Shown: positions 1 to 9,698, counted from the stretch's first letter. The stretch is DNA of 64,000 bases from an uncultured Gammaproteobacteria bacterium (GCA_964596355.1 CAZQTD010000004.1:1183-65182), one strand, 5' to 3'. Numbers and translations are program-made. Notes: a model not told the origin generated them from the letters alone.

Positions 1-361
1 ACTTATGGAGGGAATATACGGTAAGACAACTTGTTCCGTACGTTCATCTGCCAAGAATATATACGCTGAAATTCAACGCCTCGCATCCGAAGGAAGATAT
101 TTTGCATTAATACATTGGCCCCCCAGATGAAGATGCTCAATGTGTCTTACGCTACGACAATGGCAAATGCAGTCAGACACATGACCCATGGCACAAGAGC
201 TAATAAAAGTCCGTCTGACATGGTTATATCCAGCCGTAAACCTCAAGAATAAATCGCAGGACGTAACAATTGCCGGCCATATAAACCCCTTTCTCATGGT
301 TTTAAGCGTATCGCTATAACACCAGAAACGAAAAATCAAGGCAACGTCTCATTATGAAGAC

Positions 362-919
362 TTAAATCCCGTAGTCGGGTTTAGGAAGAAGACCAAATTG
401 GTTGAACGGCCAGTAGCGCAGGAATGCAACGCCGATAAAATCTTCTTTGACAATCGGCCCAAATTCGCGTGAATCCGAGCTGTGCGGCCGATTATCGCCG
501 ACCACGAAGTAGGTGCCCGGCGGGACAATAATGTCTTCACCCTCTTGAAGATATGATCCGCCAAACGTCACTGTGTCGGGCGCAAGGTACGGCTCCATAA
601 GCATCTGCCCATTGATAAAAAACGCGCTTTTCTCCAGCCGCACCGTATCCCCGGGCAACCCAATAACGCGCTTGATGTAGTCAATCTCTTTGTTCCGTGG
701 AGATTTAAAAATGACAACGTCTCCCCGCTGGGGATCGCGGAACTTGTAAAGCACTTTATTCGTTAAGATATACTCACCGTTGTGAAAATTTGGCTCCATG
801 GATGCGCCGTTTATCTCCTGCGGAGCCATGATGAAGAGGTAAATCATCACGAGTACCGCCAAAAAAACCACAATACCCTGCAAAAAATCAAAAACAGCCG
901 TGATGGTGCGCTTTACCAT
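362..919 (-). CDS. lepB: Signal peptidase I
   Basis: N-terminal TM, catalytic Ser box (NGASMEPNF), Lys box (YIKRVIGLPGD) and GDNRPHSSDSR motif. Start trimmed to ATG 919 (MVKRT). Confidence 0.95.
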   Translation of the reverse strand: MVKRTITAVFDFLQGIVVFLAVLVMIYLFIMAPQEINGASMEPNFHNGEYILTNKVLYKFRDPQRGDVVIFKSPRNKEIDYIKRVIGLPGDTVRLEKSAFFINGQMLMEPYLAPDTVTFGGSYLQEGEDIIVPPGTYFVVGDNRPHSSDSREFGPIVKEDFIGVAFLRYWPFNQFGLLPKPDYGI

Positions 920-952
920 AGGCCAAAAACGATATACTACTTTTAGTGTAGG

Positions 953-961
953 TGATATAAT
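953..961 (+). promoter_or_regulatory. Extended -10 promoter element (TGaTATAAT) for tRNA-Val
   Basis: Perfect TGnTATAAT ending 25 nt upstream of the tRNA 5' end. Confidence 0.55.
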
Positions 962-986
962 AAGGATCGTCAACCGGTCATTTCAG

Positions 987-1060
987 GGACCCGTAGCTCA
1001 GCTGGTCAGAGCGTTTCATTGACATTGAAAAGGTCAGAGGTTCAACTCCTCTCGGGTCCA
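987..1060 (+). tRNA. tRNA-Val(GAC), CCA not encoded
   Basis: Acceptor stem GGACCCG/CGGGTCC, D arm GCTC..GAGC, anticodon arm TTTCA-TT GAC AT-TGAAA, T arm AGAGG-TTCAACT-CCTCT, discriminator A. Confidence 0.97.
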
Positions 1061-1066
1061 CAAACC

Positions 1067-1879
1067 TTACTTTCCTCCGAGTTTGCTGTGGATTGTTTTG
1101 AGCATTGCGCTCGTAGTCTCCAGATTCCCGCGAATGACAAAAACAAGCCGCGCTTCAACTTTGGACTGCGTAATTTTGACCAGTCCATTGACCGCCTGCG
1201 CCAGATCCTTGGCTATGTTGTCAAGCTCGTCGCTGTGGATGCGCTCCACCCGCTGTGAAGGCTTTTGATTGCTTTGAGCCTTCAATCGTCTTGCAAGATC
1301 TTCTGCGCGTCGAACCGATGCGCTTTCGGTCAAAATCGTTTTGTACGCCTCAACCATGAGCTTGATATCACCCAAACCTGCGATCGCTCGCGCGTGGCCT
1401 TCGGTGATTGCGCCAGAGATGAGTCCGTCTTTGATTGCATCCGGAAGCGCCAGAAGCCGCATCGTGTTGCTGACGTATGACTCGCTTTTGCCGACACGCT
1501 TGGCGATCTCTGCGAGCGGCAACCCAAATTCTTCAATCAGCCGCTGAAACGCCTGCGCGCGCTCAATGGGGTTTAGATCTTCTCTTTGAACGTTTTCTAC
1601 TATCGCCATCTCCAGCATCCCCTTGGCGGTTGTCTCTTTGACAATTACCGGCACTGTCGTAAGGTTAGCCAGTTTCGCCGCTCTCCAGCGCCTTTCCCCT
1701 GCAATCAACTGGTATCCGGCCGGCGTTTTTGCTACCACAAGTGGCTCAATGATGCCGTGTTCCTTAATGGAATTGACCAAATCGGTGAGCGAATCTGGTG
1801 AAATGAGCCCTCTTGGCTGAAGGGGGTTGGATTGAACAATGTCTATATCGAGGTGCAACACCTGTTGAGTGTCAGACAT
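1067..1879 (-). CDS. parB: ParB/Spo0J chromosome partitioning protein
   Basis: NPLQPR, GERRWRA (CTP-binding arginine patch), ENVQREDLNPIE, HTH region, ITEGHAR. Confidence 0.95.
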   Translation of the reverse strand: MSDTQQVLHLDIDIVQSNPLQPRGLISPDSLTDLVNSIKEHGIIEPLVVAKTPAGYQLIAGERRWRAAKLANLTTVPVIVKETTAKGMLEMAIVENVQREDLNPIERAQAFQRLIEEFGLPLAEIAKRVGKSESYVSNTMRLLALPDAIKDGLISGAITEGHARAIAGLGDIKLMVEAYKTILTESASVRRAEDLARRLKAQSNQKPSQRVERIHSDELDNIAKDLAQAVNGLVKITQSKVEARLVFVIRGNLETTSAMLKTIHSKLGGK

Positions 1880-1882
1880 GGA

Positions 1883-2140
1883 TTATGCGTTTTTAGGCAG
1901 GACCGATACATATTGTTTCCCCCGAATGAAATGGAATTGGACATTGCCCGGAGACGTCGCAAAAATCGTAAAATCTTTGCCCATTGCGACCCCCTCACCC
2001 GGGTGAACCTTCGTTCCCTTTTGTCGGACGATGATGTTGCCGGGCCGCGCCTTCTGCCCTCCATATATTTTTACACCTAAACGCTTGGATATAGAATCTT
2101 TATTGCCTGCTGCGGTGCCGCCTGCTTTTACGTGTGCCAT
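1883..2140 (-). CDS. rpmA: 50S ribosomal protein L27
   Basis: MAHVKAGG...[11 protein letters not shown]...[11 protein letters not shown]...GKDFTIFA; no N-terminal extension. Confidence 0.98.
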   Translation of the reverse strand: MAHVKAGGTAAGNKDSISKRLGVKIYGGQKARPGNIIVRQKGTKVHPGEGVAMGKDFTIFATSPGNVQFHFIRGKQYVSVLPKNA

Positions 2141-2159
2141 ACGCTGTCTCTTTCACCTG

Positions 2160-3338
2160 CTACGACTCTGAAACCACTCCATGCTTCTTACGAATGATAT
2201 AAAATTCTCTTCGTACGACTGCATGTTCTCTGCCGTAGTCTATGGGCTCTGTGTGGATAGTATATCCAAGGGTTTCACACATGTCAACAACGGTTTTCAC
2301 GAAATACTCTCTCCCGTTTATCACATATTTTGGCAATGCAATAATCACGATGCCATCGGGTTTAAGCACCGGATACCAATCGCGCAAACACCCTATATAA
2401 AGTTTCTCTAAGCCCTTTATGATATTGCGAATGTACTGCGAGGACACATGGGTTTGGGTGACGGCGCGAGCATTTCCCATATAAGGCTCTGTGACGATTG
2501 CATCAACAGAAGACGCTGCTAGCTCGTGTGATAGGTGAACAGCATCGCAAGGGAAGACACGCTCAATGCGACCGGAGACATCGGGTGTATGCCGTATGAT
2601 CCACGTCAGATTTTCAAACGCCTTCCTTGCGGCGTCATGCGACCTGTCACTTCCGAGCACGCGCCAGCCCCGCAGAAGCGCTTCAGCAAGAATTGTCCCC
2701 ATACCGCAGAACGGGTCCGCCAAGGTTTTGGTTGCGGCAACATCCAGTTCGCCGGAGCGTTGGGCGATGTTGACGATCATGCGAGCAATTTTTGGCGGCA
2801 ACATGCCGCTGCGCGTATCTGCGTGCGGCCGAGCATAATCCCTGTGGCTCCACGCCTCAAACCGTTGCACGGCAACCGTGCTGCCCAATATAAAACCATC
2901 GTTCCATCGGACGATAACCACATCATGAACGCCTGCCTTTGTTATGACTGCGCTTGACAGCGCCTGGCGTTGCCGAGGCTGAATGAAGCGACTGGAACGA
3001 CCTTGCTTAATCATCAGCTCTTTTATATGACGCAGTAAAGACGGCACAGGCATTGGAGGCGGCTGGCCATACCAGCTTACACCAAAAGGACTAGACGCCC
3101 CAGCTGTGTCAAGAACCGCAAGAACGTGCGACGGGTCAAATGAATTGCCGCTTCGTATAACGCGGGCAATTTTTACCGTCCCCCCTAACACGCGTATAAA
3201 CAACGGCGCGTCAAGCTCCTCCGTCATTTCAACCAGGGCAACATCTTCCGCTATGCGTGCTGTTTTGGGGAAAAATACATGAAGCTCTGCGATTGATAAG
3301 GCGGGGGTCCTGCCAAACACAAACAGGTATGACGCCAT
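2160..3338 (-). CDS. SAM-dependent RNA amino-methyltransferase, Trm11/TrmG10 (COG1041)-like
   Basis: GMLPPKIARMIVN, motif I DPFCGMGT, motif IV-like VTEPY; N-terminal THUMP-like region (inferred). Confidence 0.75.
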   Translation of the reverse strand: MASYLFVFGRTPALSIAELHVFFPKTARIAEDVALVEMTEELDAPLFIRVLGGTVKIARVIRSGNSFDPSHVLAVLDTAGASSPFGVSWYGQPPPMPVPSLLRHIKELMIKQGRSSRFIQPRQRQALSSAVITKAGVHDVVIVRWNDGFILGSTVAVQRFEAWSHRDYARPHADTRSGMLPPKIARMIVNIAQRSGELDVAATKTLADPFCGMGTILAEALLRGWRVLGSDRSHDAARKAFENLTWIIRHTPDVSGRIERVFPCDAVHLSHELAASSVDAIVTEPYMGNARAVTQTHVSSQYIRNIIKGLEKLYIGCLRDWYPVLKPDGIVIIALPKYVINGREYFVKTVVDMCETLGYTIHTEPIDYGREHAVVRREFYIIRKKHGVVSES

Positions 3339-3339
3339 G

Positions 3340-3648
3340 TTATCCTATAGAAGTTATCTGCACCTTTGATACCTCGGGACGAAATCCTCGCTTCCTGCGG
3401 TACCGCACTTTGGCTTTAAATCTTCGGATCTCAATCTTATCGCCTTTTTCCTGCGCAAGTATTGTGGCTGTCACTTTCGCCCCGCGTACATATGGCGCGC
3501 CGATTTTAGTTTCTTTGTCATTGCCGACGAGTAAAACGTCTTTGATCGTCACGGATTCGCCCGGTTTGCCTTCGAGCTTCGCGACAGAAAGGATGTCTCC
3601 CTCTTTTACTTTATATTGTTTCCCGCCAAGAAAAATAACCGCGAACAT
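3340..3648 (-). CDS. rplU: 50S ribosomal protein L21
   Basis: MFAVIFLGGKQYKV...IGAPYV...YRRKRGFR; start trimmed to ATG 3648. Confidence 0.97.
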   Translation of the reverse strand: MFAVIFLGGKQYKVKEGDILSVAKLEGKPGESVTIKDVLLVGNDKETKIGAPYVRGAKVTATILAQEKGDKIEIRRFKAKVRYRRKRGFRPEVSKVQITSIG

Positions 3649-3671
3649 ATGAGGTTTTAATTGTATCAAGG

Positions 3672-4757
3672 CTACAAACCAATTGCAATGGCGCGCCTTT
3701 TTGCTTTCCCTCGCCGAAGACTCCACAAAAAGCCAAACGCGATGGCAGTCGAGAGAATTGAACTGCCGCCGTACGAAACAAGCGGGAGGGTAATGCCGGT
3801 TATCGGAATAAGCCCCATGTTCATGCCGGCATTGATAACCACCTGTGTTATTAGCATCGCAAAAAGGCCGATGGAATAGACAAAAACGCCCGCGTCATCG
3901 CGATACTCCAGAAAAAGCGAGGAAATGATGCGACCAAGCAGAAGTGCGTAAAGTAAAAGCAACACAGCCCCGCCGATAAATCCCAGCTCCTCTACAAGCG
4001 TCGCGAAAATGAAATCCGTGTGGTGCTCCGGCAAAAACCGTAAGTGGCTTTGCGTGCCGCGCCCCAATCCTCTGCCAAAAAGCTGCCCGCTGCCGACGGC
4101 AATCATAGACTGAAGAGCATTGTAGCCAGCGCCTGTTGGGTCAAGCGTCGGATAAAAAAACGTGAGGATCCGCGCCTTCTGATATGGAGCAAACGCTGTC
4201 CATAAAAGCGGAAGGAGAAAAATGCCGCCAGCCAAACCGGCCAAAAAGACACCGATTGGCAATCCCCCGGCAAGAAGCATCGAAACCCAGAATCCTCCGT
4301 AAACAATGCTGCTTCCTAAATCCGGCTGCTTAAATACCAAAAGGAACGGGATTAGAAAAAGCCCGATGTGAAAAATTATGTTGCGCGGATTGCGGGGCGA
4401 CAGTCGCGTCAAAAAATATGCAAATGCCAAAAGGAAAAACGGCTTGGCGAGCTCTGACGGCTGCAGCTGTACTGAACCAATAACAATCCAGCGCGTGGCG
4501 CCGCGGATTGCCGGACCAGCGTAAGACGTCATAAGAAATGCGGTAGCAAAAACATACCCGATGGGAGCAAACCACCAAAGGAGGGAAGGATCTATTCGTG
4601 AGCATAACAATAATAAAACGCCTGCAATCGTCAGATAAACCAGTTGAGACGCAAAAAACGAGAACCCCAGCGTCAAAAGGATAAAAAGCCCAAATGACCC
4701 CAAACAAAGAAGAAGAAGAACAGTTATCCAGTCAAAATAGCGATTGTTTTGCCCCAT
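3672..4757 (-). CDS. rodA: SEDS peptidoglycan glycosyltransferase RodA
   Basis: GATRWI, QPSELAK, QPDLG, GYNALQSMIAVGSG, FLPEHHTDFIF, GITLPLVSYGGSS. Lies outside the dcw cluster, which has its own ftsW. Confidence 0.9.
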   Translation of the reverse strand: MGQNNRYFDWITVLLLLCLGSFGLFILLTLGFSFFASQLVYLTIAGVLLLLCSRIDPSLLWWFAPIGYVFATAFLMTSYAGPAIRGATRWIVIGSVQLQPSELAKPFFLLAFAYFLTRLSPRNPRNIIFHIGLFLIPFLLVFKQPDLGSSIVYGGFWVSMLLAGGLPIGVFLAGLAGGIFLLPLLWTAFAPYQKARILTFFYPTLDPTGAGYNALQSMIAVGSGQLFGRGLGRGTQSHLRFLPEHHTDFIFATLVEELGFIGGAVLLLLYALLLGRIISSLFLEYRDDAGVFVYSIGLFAMLITQVVINAGMNMGLIPITGITLPLVSYGGSSILSTAIAFGFLWSLRRGKAKRRAIAIGL

Positions 4758-7579
4758 AGTATATCATCTGCAAGTGTTTCTTTCTGTATACGCGCTACAA
4801 GCTCCGCCGGTAGTCTCCTATGCTCACGAGGTAGCTCTACTCGGATGCGCGCGTCAATTGCGCATCCCCTTTGTTTCCGAAGCATTTGAATTGTGTGAAT
4901 AAGTTCGCGCGCAACGCCTTCGTCTTTCAGTTCCTGCGTCAGCGTAGTGTCAAGTGACACTGCAACATCGGGCGTCTCCTTTTTTGTCTGAACAAACTGC
5001 ACCTGTTTGACGTTTACTTCCTCCGCAACGATCGTCTCCACCCCAACGCTTAGTCGCTTGAAATAATCATAGCGAAGAGAAGCAAGCGGCTGGCGCACTT
5101 TTATGTTGTATTCCTTGCGCGCTGCGTGAGCCAATTCCACTACGCGTCGGGCGAGGAGCATTTCATCTTCAACGTGCGTATTGACCAACGCCGTATCTGC
5201 CGTCGGCCACGATTGTAAGTGAACCGATGTCCGTTGTCCAGTTACGCTTTGATAGACCAACTCGCTTATAAACGGAATAATCGGCGCAGTTATATAAGAC
5301 AACTGAAGAAGCACCCAGCCAAACACACCGTGTGACGCGCTGTCTGTTTTTATCCGGTTGCGACTTCTTCGCACGTACCACGTTGACAAATCAGAAACGA
5401 ATTCTTCAATAAGCCTGCAGCTTGCTATCGTGTCATATCCGTCCATCGCCCGGGTAACCGCGGAAATAAGATTGGCGGTTCGGCTTATTATCCAGACATC
5501 AAGTGGATGTGTTGCCTTTGGCGGCGCGTCGGGCGGCGGAGTTTTAACGAACAACTTGTAAAAGCTTAAGACATTCCAAATTGTACTTATAACCTTCTGA
5601 TACACTTCTTTAACCTTATCTTCGGAAAAGTTTATGTTCTCCGCCTTCATCACCACCGACCCCATAAGATAAAATCGCAGCGCATCGACGCCGTATGTTT
5701 CAAAAAGCTCCTGTGGATCGGGAAAATTCTTTTTGGACTTGCTCATTTTACTGCCGTCGCTAGCTAAAATCGTTCCAGTCGTCACGGCATTTTCAAAGGT
5801 ATGGGTGCCAAAGAGCGCAACAGACATCACATGCAGCGTATAGAACCACGCTCGCGTCTGCGCAATGTATTCTGCGATAAATTGCGCAGGGTGCGTTTTT
5901 TCAAATAGTTCTTTATTTTCAAACGGGTAATGAATCGACGCGTATGGCATGCTGCCGCTTTCTACCCAGCAATCAAACACTTCAGGAATACGCTTCCCTT
6001 TAACCGTTTTTGCGTCGTCAACCCACACCTCTACGTCGTCGAGGAATTCGCGATGAATGTCAGTAAGCGCGGCCACCTTTTCCGGTTCCACAGCCCACTT
6101 CTTGAGTTCTTCGATTGACCCAATGATCCTCGTAATCTGTTGGCTGTTTGCTGCTTGCTGTTTTTTTGTTTGACTTCGCCAAATGGGCATCGGCGTCCCC
6201 CAGTAGCGCGAGCGGGAAATATTCCAGTCGGGCGCAGTCTCCAATCCTTTCCCAAATCTTCCGTGTTTGAGATGAGCGGGGTACCAGTTGATGTGTTCAT
6301 TTTGCTCACACAGGTCGGCCTTTATTTTTTGGATATCAATAAACCACGCAGGAACCGGTGCGTAGTACAGGCGGGTATTACACCGGTAACATATGGGAAC
6401 ACTGTGAACATACGTTTCCTCCTTATACACTAATCCGCGCTTTTTAAGATCCTCATTGACCAGCGGATTGACGTCTAGGATATCTTTGCCAGCCCACAGG
6501 GTGACTTCCGGCTTAAGTTTCCCCTGATCGTCGACGTGCTCGATCATTTGAATGTTTTCTCGGGTCATCACGCGGTAGTCATCTTCTCCATAAATGGCAA
6601 GCGTCACGATACCCGTACCCTCGGTATCCGTCACATAAGAGTCGCCAACGACCACAAACACCCGCTTCCCCTTTTCCCGTGGAAAAAAGTCATAGTGACC
6701 TTCAAATTCCATCCCCACCAGCTTCGCCCCCTTAAACTCCTCGATAACGGTGAGCGGTTCCTTAGAAAGAATCGACAGTGTGCGTTTTGCCAAAATATAG
6801 TGCTCATTGTTCTGTCGTACTTTTACGTACGTCAAATCCGGATGAACGGCAAGAGCAGGAGTCGCAAGCTTATTCCACGGCGTTGTGGACCAGGCAAGCA
6901 GGTATGTATCAACTTGTCCTTTTACTCTATACATGTACACGGTTGATACGTCTTGAATATCACCATATGAGTTGTCCATCGCAATTTCAAAATTCGATAA
7001 GGGGGTCGCACATCTCGGACAATAAAGAATCACCCGCTTTCCTTCATAAATTAACCCTTTGTCATGGAGCGTCTTAAAAGCCCACCAAACCGACTCCATG
7101 TATGAACGATCCATTGTTTTATATGAATGCGTAAAATCTACCCAGCGACCGATGCGACGAATAACTTTTTCCCACTCTTTGTCAAAGCGCAGAATCGCAG
7201 CCCTGCAGGCGGCGTTAAATTTGCCTATGCCAAACTGCTCAATCGCCTTTTTACCACCTTTAAGGTTTAGTTCCTGCTCAATAATGTTTTCTATGGGGAT
7301 CCCATGGCAATCCCACCCCCACACGCGCTCAACGCGGTATCCTTTCATTGTCCAATACCTAGGGATAACGTCTTTTATAGTCGAGGCGAGTATATGTCCG
7401 TAGTGGGGCAAACCGGTTGCAAACGGAGGCCCGTCGTAAAACACGTAGCGTTTGTCTTTGGGCCGTTGGTTGAACGATTTTTCAAACGCGCGGCTTTCAT
7501 CCCAAAAATCCAACACTGCCTGCTCAAGCGCGGGAATGTCTGCCTTTTTTTGGAAATTATCGACAATAAGACTGGTCAT
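4724..7579 (-). CDS. ileS: Isoleucine--tRNA ligase, type 2 (eukaryote/archaea-like)
   Basis: FYDGPPFATGLPHYGH, GWDCHG, WNISRSRYWGTP, QTRAWFY, KMSKS. Start at ATG 7579, below the T-box terminator. Confidence 0.97.
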   Translation of the reverse strand: MTSLIVDNFQKKADIPALEQAVLDFWDESRAFEKSFNQRPKDKRYVFYDGPPFATGLPHYGHILASTIKDVIPRYWTMKGYRVERVWGWDCHGIPIENIIEQELNLKGGKKAIEQFGIGKFNAACRAAILRFDKEWEKVIRRIGRWVDFTHSYKTMDRSYMESVWWAFKTLHDKGLIYEGKRVILYCPRCATPLSNFEIAMDNSYGDIQDVSTVYMYRVKGQVDTYLLAWSTTPWNKLATPALAVHPDLTYVKVRQNNEHYILAKRTLSILSKEPLTVIEEFKGAKLVGMEFEGHYDFFPREKGKRVFVVVGDSYVTDTEGTGIVTLAIYGEDDYRVMTRENIQMIEHVDDQGKLKPEVTLWAGKDILDVNPLVNEDLKKRGLVYKEETYVHSVPICYRCNTRLYYAPVPAWFIDIQKIKADLCEQNEHINWYPAHLKHGRFGKGLETAPDWNISRSRYWGTPMPIWRSQTKKQQAANSQQITRIIGSIEELKKWAVEPEKVAALTDIHREFLDDVEVWVDDAKTVKGKRIPEVFDCWVESGSMPYASIHYPFENKELFEKTHPAQFIAEYIAQTRAWFYTLHVMSVALFGTHTFENAVTTGTILASDGSKMSKSKKNFPDPQELFETYGVDALRFYLMGSVVMKAENINFSEDKVKEVYQKVISTIWNVLSFYKLFVKTPPPDAPPKATHPLDVWIISRTANLISAVTRAMDGYDTIASCRLIEEFVSDLSTWYVRRSRNRIKTDSASHGVFGWVLLQLSYITAPIIPFISELVYQSVTGQRTSVHLQSWPTADTALVNTHVEDEMLLARRVVELAHAARKEYNIKVRQPLASLRYDYFKRLSVGVETIVAEEVNVKQVQFVQTKKETPDVAVSLDTTLTQELKDEGVARELIHTIQMLRKQRGCAIDARIRVELPREHRRLPAELVARIQKETLADDILWGKTIAILTG
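6136..6163. repeat. Heptamer tandem tract inside ileS (minus strand AAACAGC-AAGCAGC-AAACAGC-CAACAGA)
   Basis: Read directly; encodes KQQAANSQQ between YWGTPMPIW and IGSIEEL. Confidence 0.7.
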
Positions 7580-7593
7580 ATGCTTACGACACC

Positions 7594-7729
7594 AAAAAAC
7601 CGCTCTCCTTCCATTATATAAGGGCGAGCGGTCCCGCGGTACCACCTTACTTTGTTCTCATTTATGAGGGTCTACTTTCCTTTCGGATTTCTTCCTCAAG
7701 CTCCGGGGCGATACTCCCATCAACGCTTT
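7594..7729 (-). promoter_or_regulatory. Ile T-box riboswitch (ultrashort stem I, AUC specifier) with antiterminator and intrinsic terminator
   Basis: Minus strand: GCGUUGAU-GGG-AGU AUC G-CCCC-GGAGC (stem I); UGAGG-AAGAA..AAGUAGA-CCCUCA (stem II); AAGG-UGGUACC-GCG..CGC-CCUU (antiterminator); ACCGCUC..GAGCGGU-UUUUU (terminator). Directly upstream of ileS. Confidence 0.9.
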
Positions 7730-9177
7730 CCTTTGGAAGTATACCAAATTTTATACAATTTTGCTTCACCAACCTGTTTTTCAAGCGAAATTGCACCCAT
7801 TTTTTCCATATTTCGGATCGCCGACTGCCAGTTTTCGTTGGATTCCAGTATCTGCGTCAACCACTGGTTCGGGCGCGTATCGACGACGAGATACTCCGGC
7901 CTCCCCCCAAAATCAAGCCACCAGCACAGAGATTGACCGCACGGTTCACCCGAAATGTCATGCTGACGGGGCCATACGAGGTATATTTCTTTCCGATGGC
8001 TCATGTGCGGCACCAAATTCTGCTGGGTGGCAACGGAAGCTTCGCCGGGAACCAAAGAGATAAGGGTTCTAGTGTCTTCCATCCACGGCTCATTCTTCCA
8101 GTATTCAGCCTTAGTCAACTTATTGAGGGGCAAATGAAAAACGTATTGCAGAAGTAACGACATGCAAAGTATTCCAACAACGACTGGAGCAATCGAAACG
8201 TTTTTATATTTGAGAAACGCCAAAACGTCAATGGTCCCGAGTGCTAAAAACGGCGCAAGAATTGCCCGATGATGCATGTAGGGGCTCCACATGCGGCTAA
8301 ACTCCGGCCCTGTCACGAAATACTGAGAAAGATCCAAAAGCACCGCAATCAGTGAACCCGGAGAAAATAACGGAAGAAAAGAAAATGCGGAATAACTATA
8401 GAGCCAAACCTGCCGTTTCTCCGCGCTGTCAAACAGCCGTATGAATGCATCAACCGGGCCGTTGGGGAACTGCGGCCAATACTGAAACCCAACAGGAGAA
8501 AAACGTGTGATAATTTCTGACGCTACCAAACTAAACGATGTGCCGATAATCGCAACCATTGCTGCCCGTTTCCGAAATTCTTTGCGAAAGAACAATATCG
8601 CCGCAAGACATGCAACTGCAAGGCCCATGTTTTCCTGGGTCAACAGCGACACAACCAAGGTGATCCAGAATAATTTCTTTTTTCCTGCCTCCCAGAAATA
8701 CGCAAGCCACGACAGGAGAGCAACCCCAATGATAATTGGATGAAAGTCAAAATAGACTCCGTATTGGATACCGTAAAACAGGCTATACATAATTGCAACG
8801 ATCACGGCAGCAAATGATGAATTAAGGCGCTTTTTTGCGATGAAAAAGATAGGGAGCGCGGAAAACGTGATGATCCACGCTTGAGCAATAAGAAGGATGC
8901 GGACGTTATCCCATAGATAAAAGAGAATTCCAAAAAACGGCAATGTTAGCACAAGGTGATCGCCAAATATGACCCGCTCCTTGACCGTGTTATATGGAGG
9001 CAAACCCTTGGAAAACAGCCACACTGCCTGGTCATACAAACCCAGATCAAATCCTCCGGACTCAAAACGCCAATGTCGGACAATTGAAAGTGTGCTATAA
9101 AGAACAGACAATACAACAAGAAATAGTATGAGAAATCGAGGGGCCTTCATGGTTTGACGCGATGGCTCCTCAAACAT
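7720..9177 (-). CDS. DUF2079-like polytopic membrane protein (predicted GT-C glycosyltransferase)
   Basis: FDLGLYDQAVW, FGDH, FDFHP motifs and many TM segments. The start may be 9150. Confidence 0.75.
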   Translation of the reverse strand: MFEEPSRQTMKAPRFLILFLVVLSVLYSTLSIVRHWRFESGGFDLGLYDQAVWLFSKGLPPYNTVKERVIFGDHLVLTLPFFGILFYLWDNVRILLIAQAWIITFSALPIFFIAKKRLNSSFAAVIVAIMYSLFYGIQYGVYFDFHPIIIGVALLSWLAYFWEAGKKKLFWITLVVSLLTQENMGLAVACLAAILFFRKEFRKRAAMVAIIGTSFSLVASEIITRFSPVGFQYWPQFPNGPVDAFIRLFDSAEKRQVWLYSYSAFSFLPLFSPGSLIAVLLDLSQYFVTGPEFSRMWSPYMHHRAILAPFLALGTIDVLAFLKYKNVSIAPVVVGILCMSLLLQYVFHLPLNKLTKAEYWKNEPWMEDTRTLISLVPGEASVATQQNLVPHMSHRKEIYLVWPRQHDISGEPCGQSLCWWLDFGGRPEYLVVDTRPNQWLTQILESNENWQSAIRNMEKMGAISLEKQVGEAKLYKIWYTSKGKR

Positions 9178-9488
9178 TTGTTTCTTAAAAAGAATACAGG
9201 ATTTTTAATCATCCAGAAGAAAAACATGAAGCACATTCATCAAGCTTAATCCAAAATTCGCAATAAACAAACGTCATTTTGAACCCTGCCGCAGCGCTTG
9301 TCAAGTACCATCAGATTTTCCCGCCAGAAAATCTTTAATTCCCCGCGTTCGTACTTGGAGATTGCGCTACGGCTTATACCATTATTTTAAGAAAACCCCA
9401 ATCTTTTTGTTCAAAAAACTAAATCCAATCAAGCAAAGACTTTCGGCGGTATTCCCCAAGGAGAAAATGCAACATTTCAATTATTCTG

Positions 9489-9698
9489 TTACGTATTCAC
9501 AGATTGTTCTGGAGGTTGTCCTATGATATTTTGTGGGAATTCTGATAGATCAACAACCATAAACGTTCCCTTGGCTTTTGGTCTGAAGCCACTTTTGTCG
9601 TAGCATGCTTGCGCTTTGAGCCAATTCGTTAGTTGGTCATCTCCTGTTCTTTCCCACAGTTCATACGCTATTTGTCGAATTATTTCCCATCGGTTCAT
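9489..9698 (-). CDS. Small DUF2934-like protein
   Basis: IRQIAYELWERTG...NWLKAQ resembles the DUF2934 pattern (IRxxAYxLWExxG...xWLxAE). Confidence 0.65.
   Translation of the reverse strand: MNRWEIIRQIAYELWERTGDDQLTNWLKAQACYDKSGFRPKAKGTFMVVDLSEFPQNIIGQPPEQSVNT

Noticed and set aside
1-355. Short ORFs at the left edge (73-339 minus; plus frame ending at 130)
   Set aside because: No recognisable motifs and context is missing; they cannot be supported as genes.
987-1879. tRNA-Val next to parB as a possible integration site or plasmid/prophage partition module
   Set aside because: No integrase or duplicated tRNA 3' end seen; ParB is Spo0J-like and coupled to rpmA. No parS palindrome was spotted.
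4758-4766. TGaTATACT immediately before the rodA ATG
   Set aside because: Zero spacing to the ATG is incompatible with transcribing that start codon, and it lies within ileS coding sequence.
7580-7645. N-terminal extension of IleRS in the ORF track (MVPRDRSP...)
   Set aside because: It is the T-box antiterminator/terminator sequence; the real start is more likely ATG 7579.
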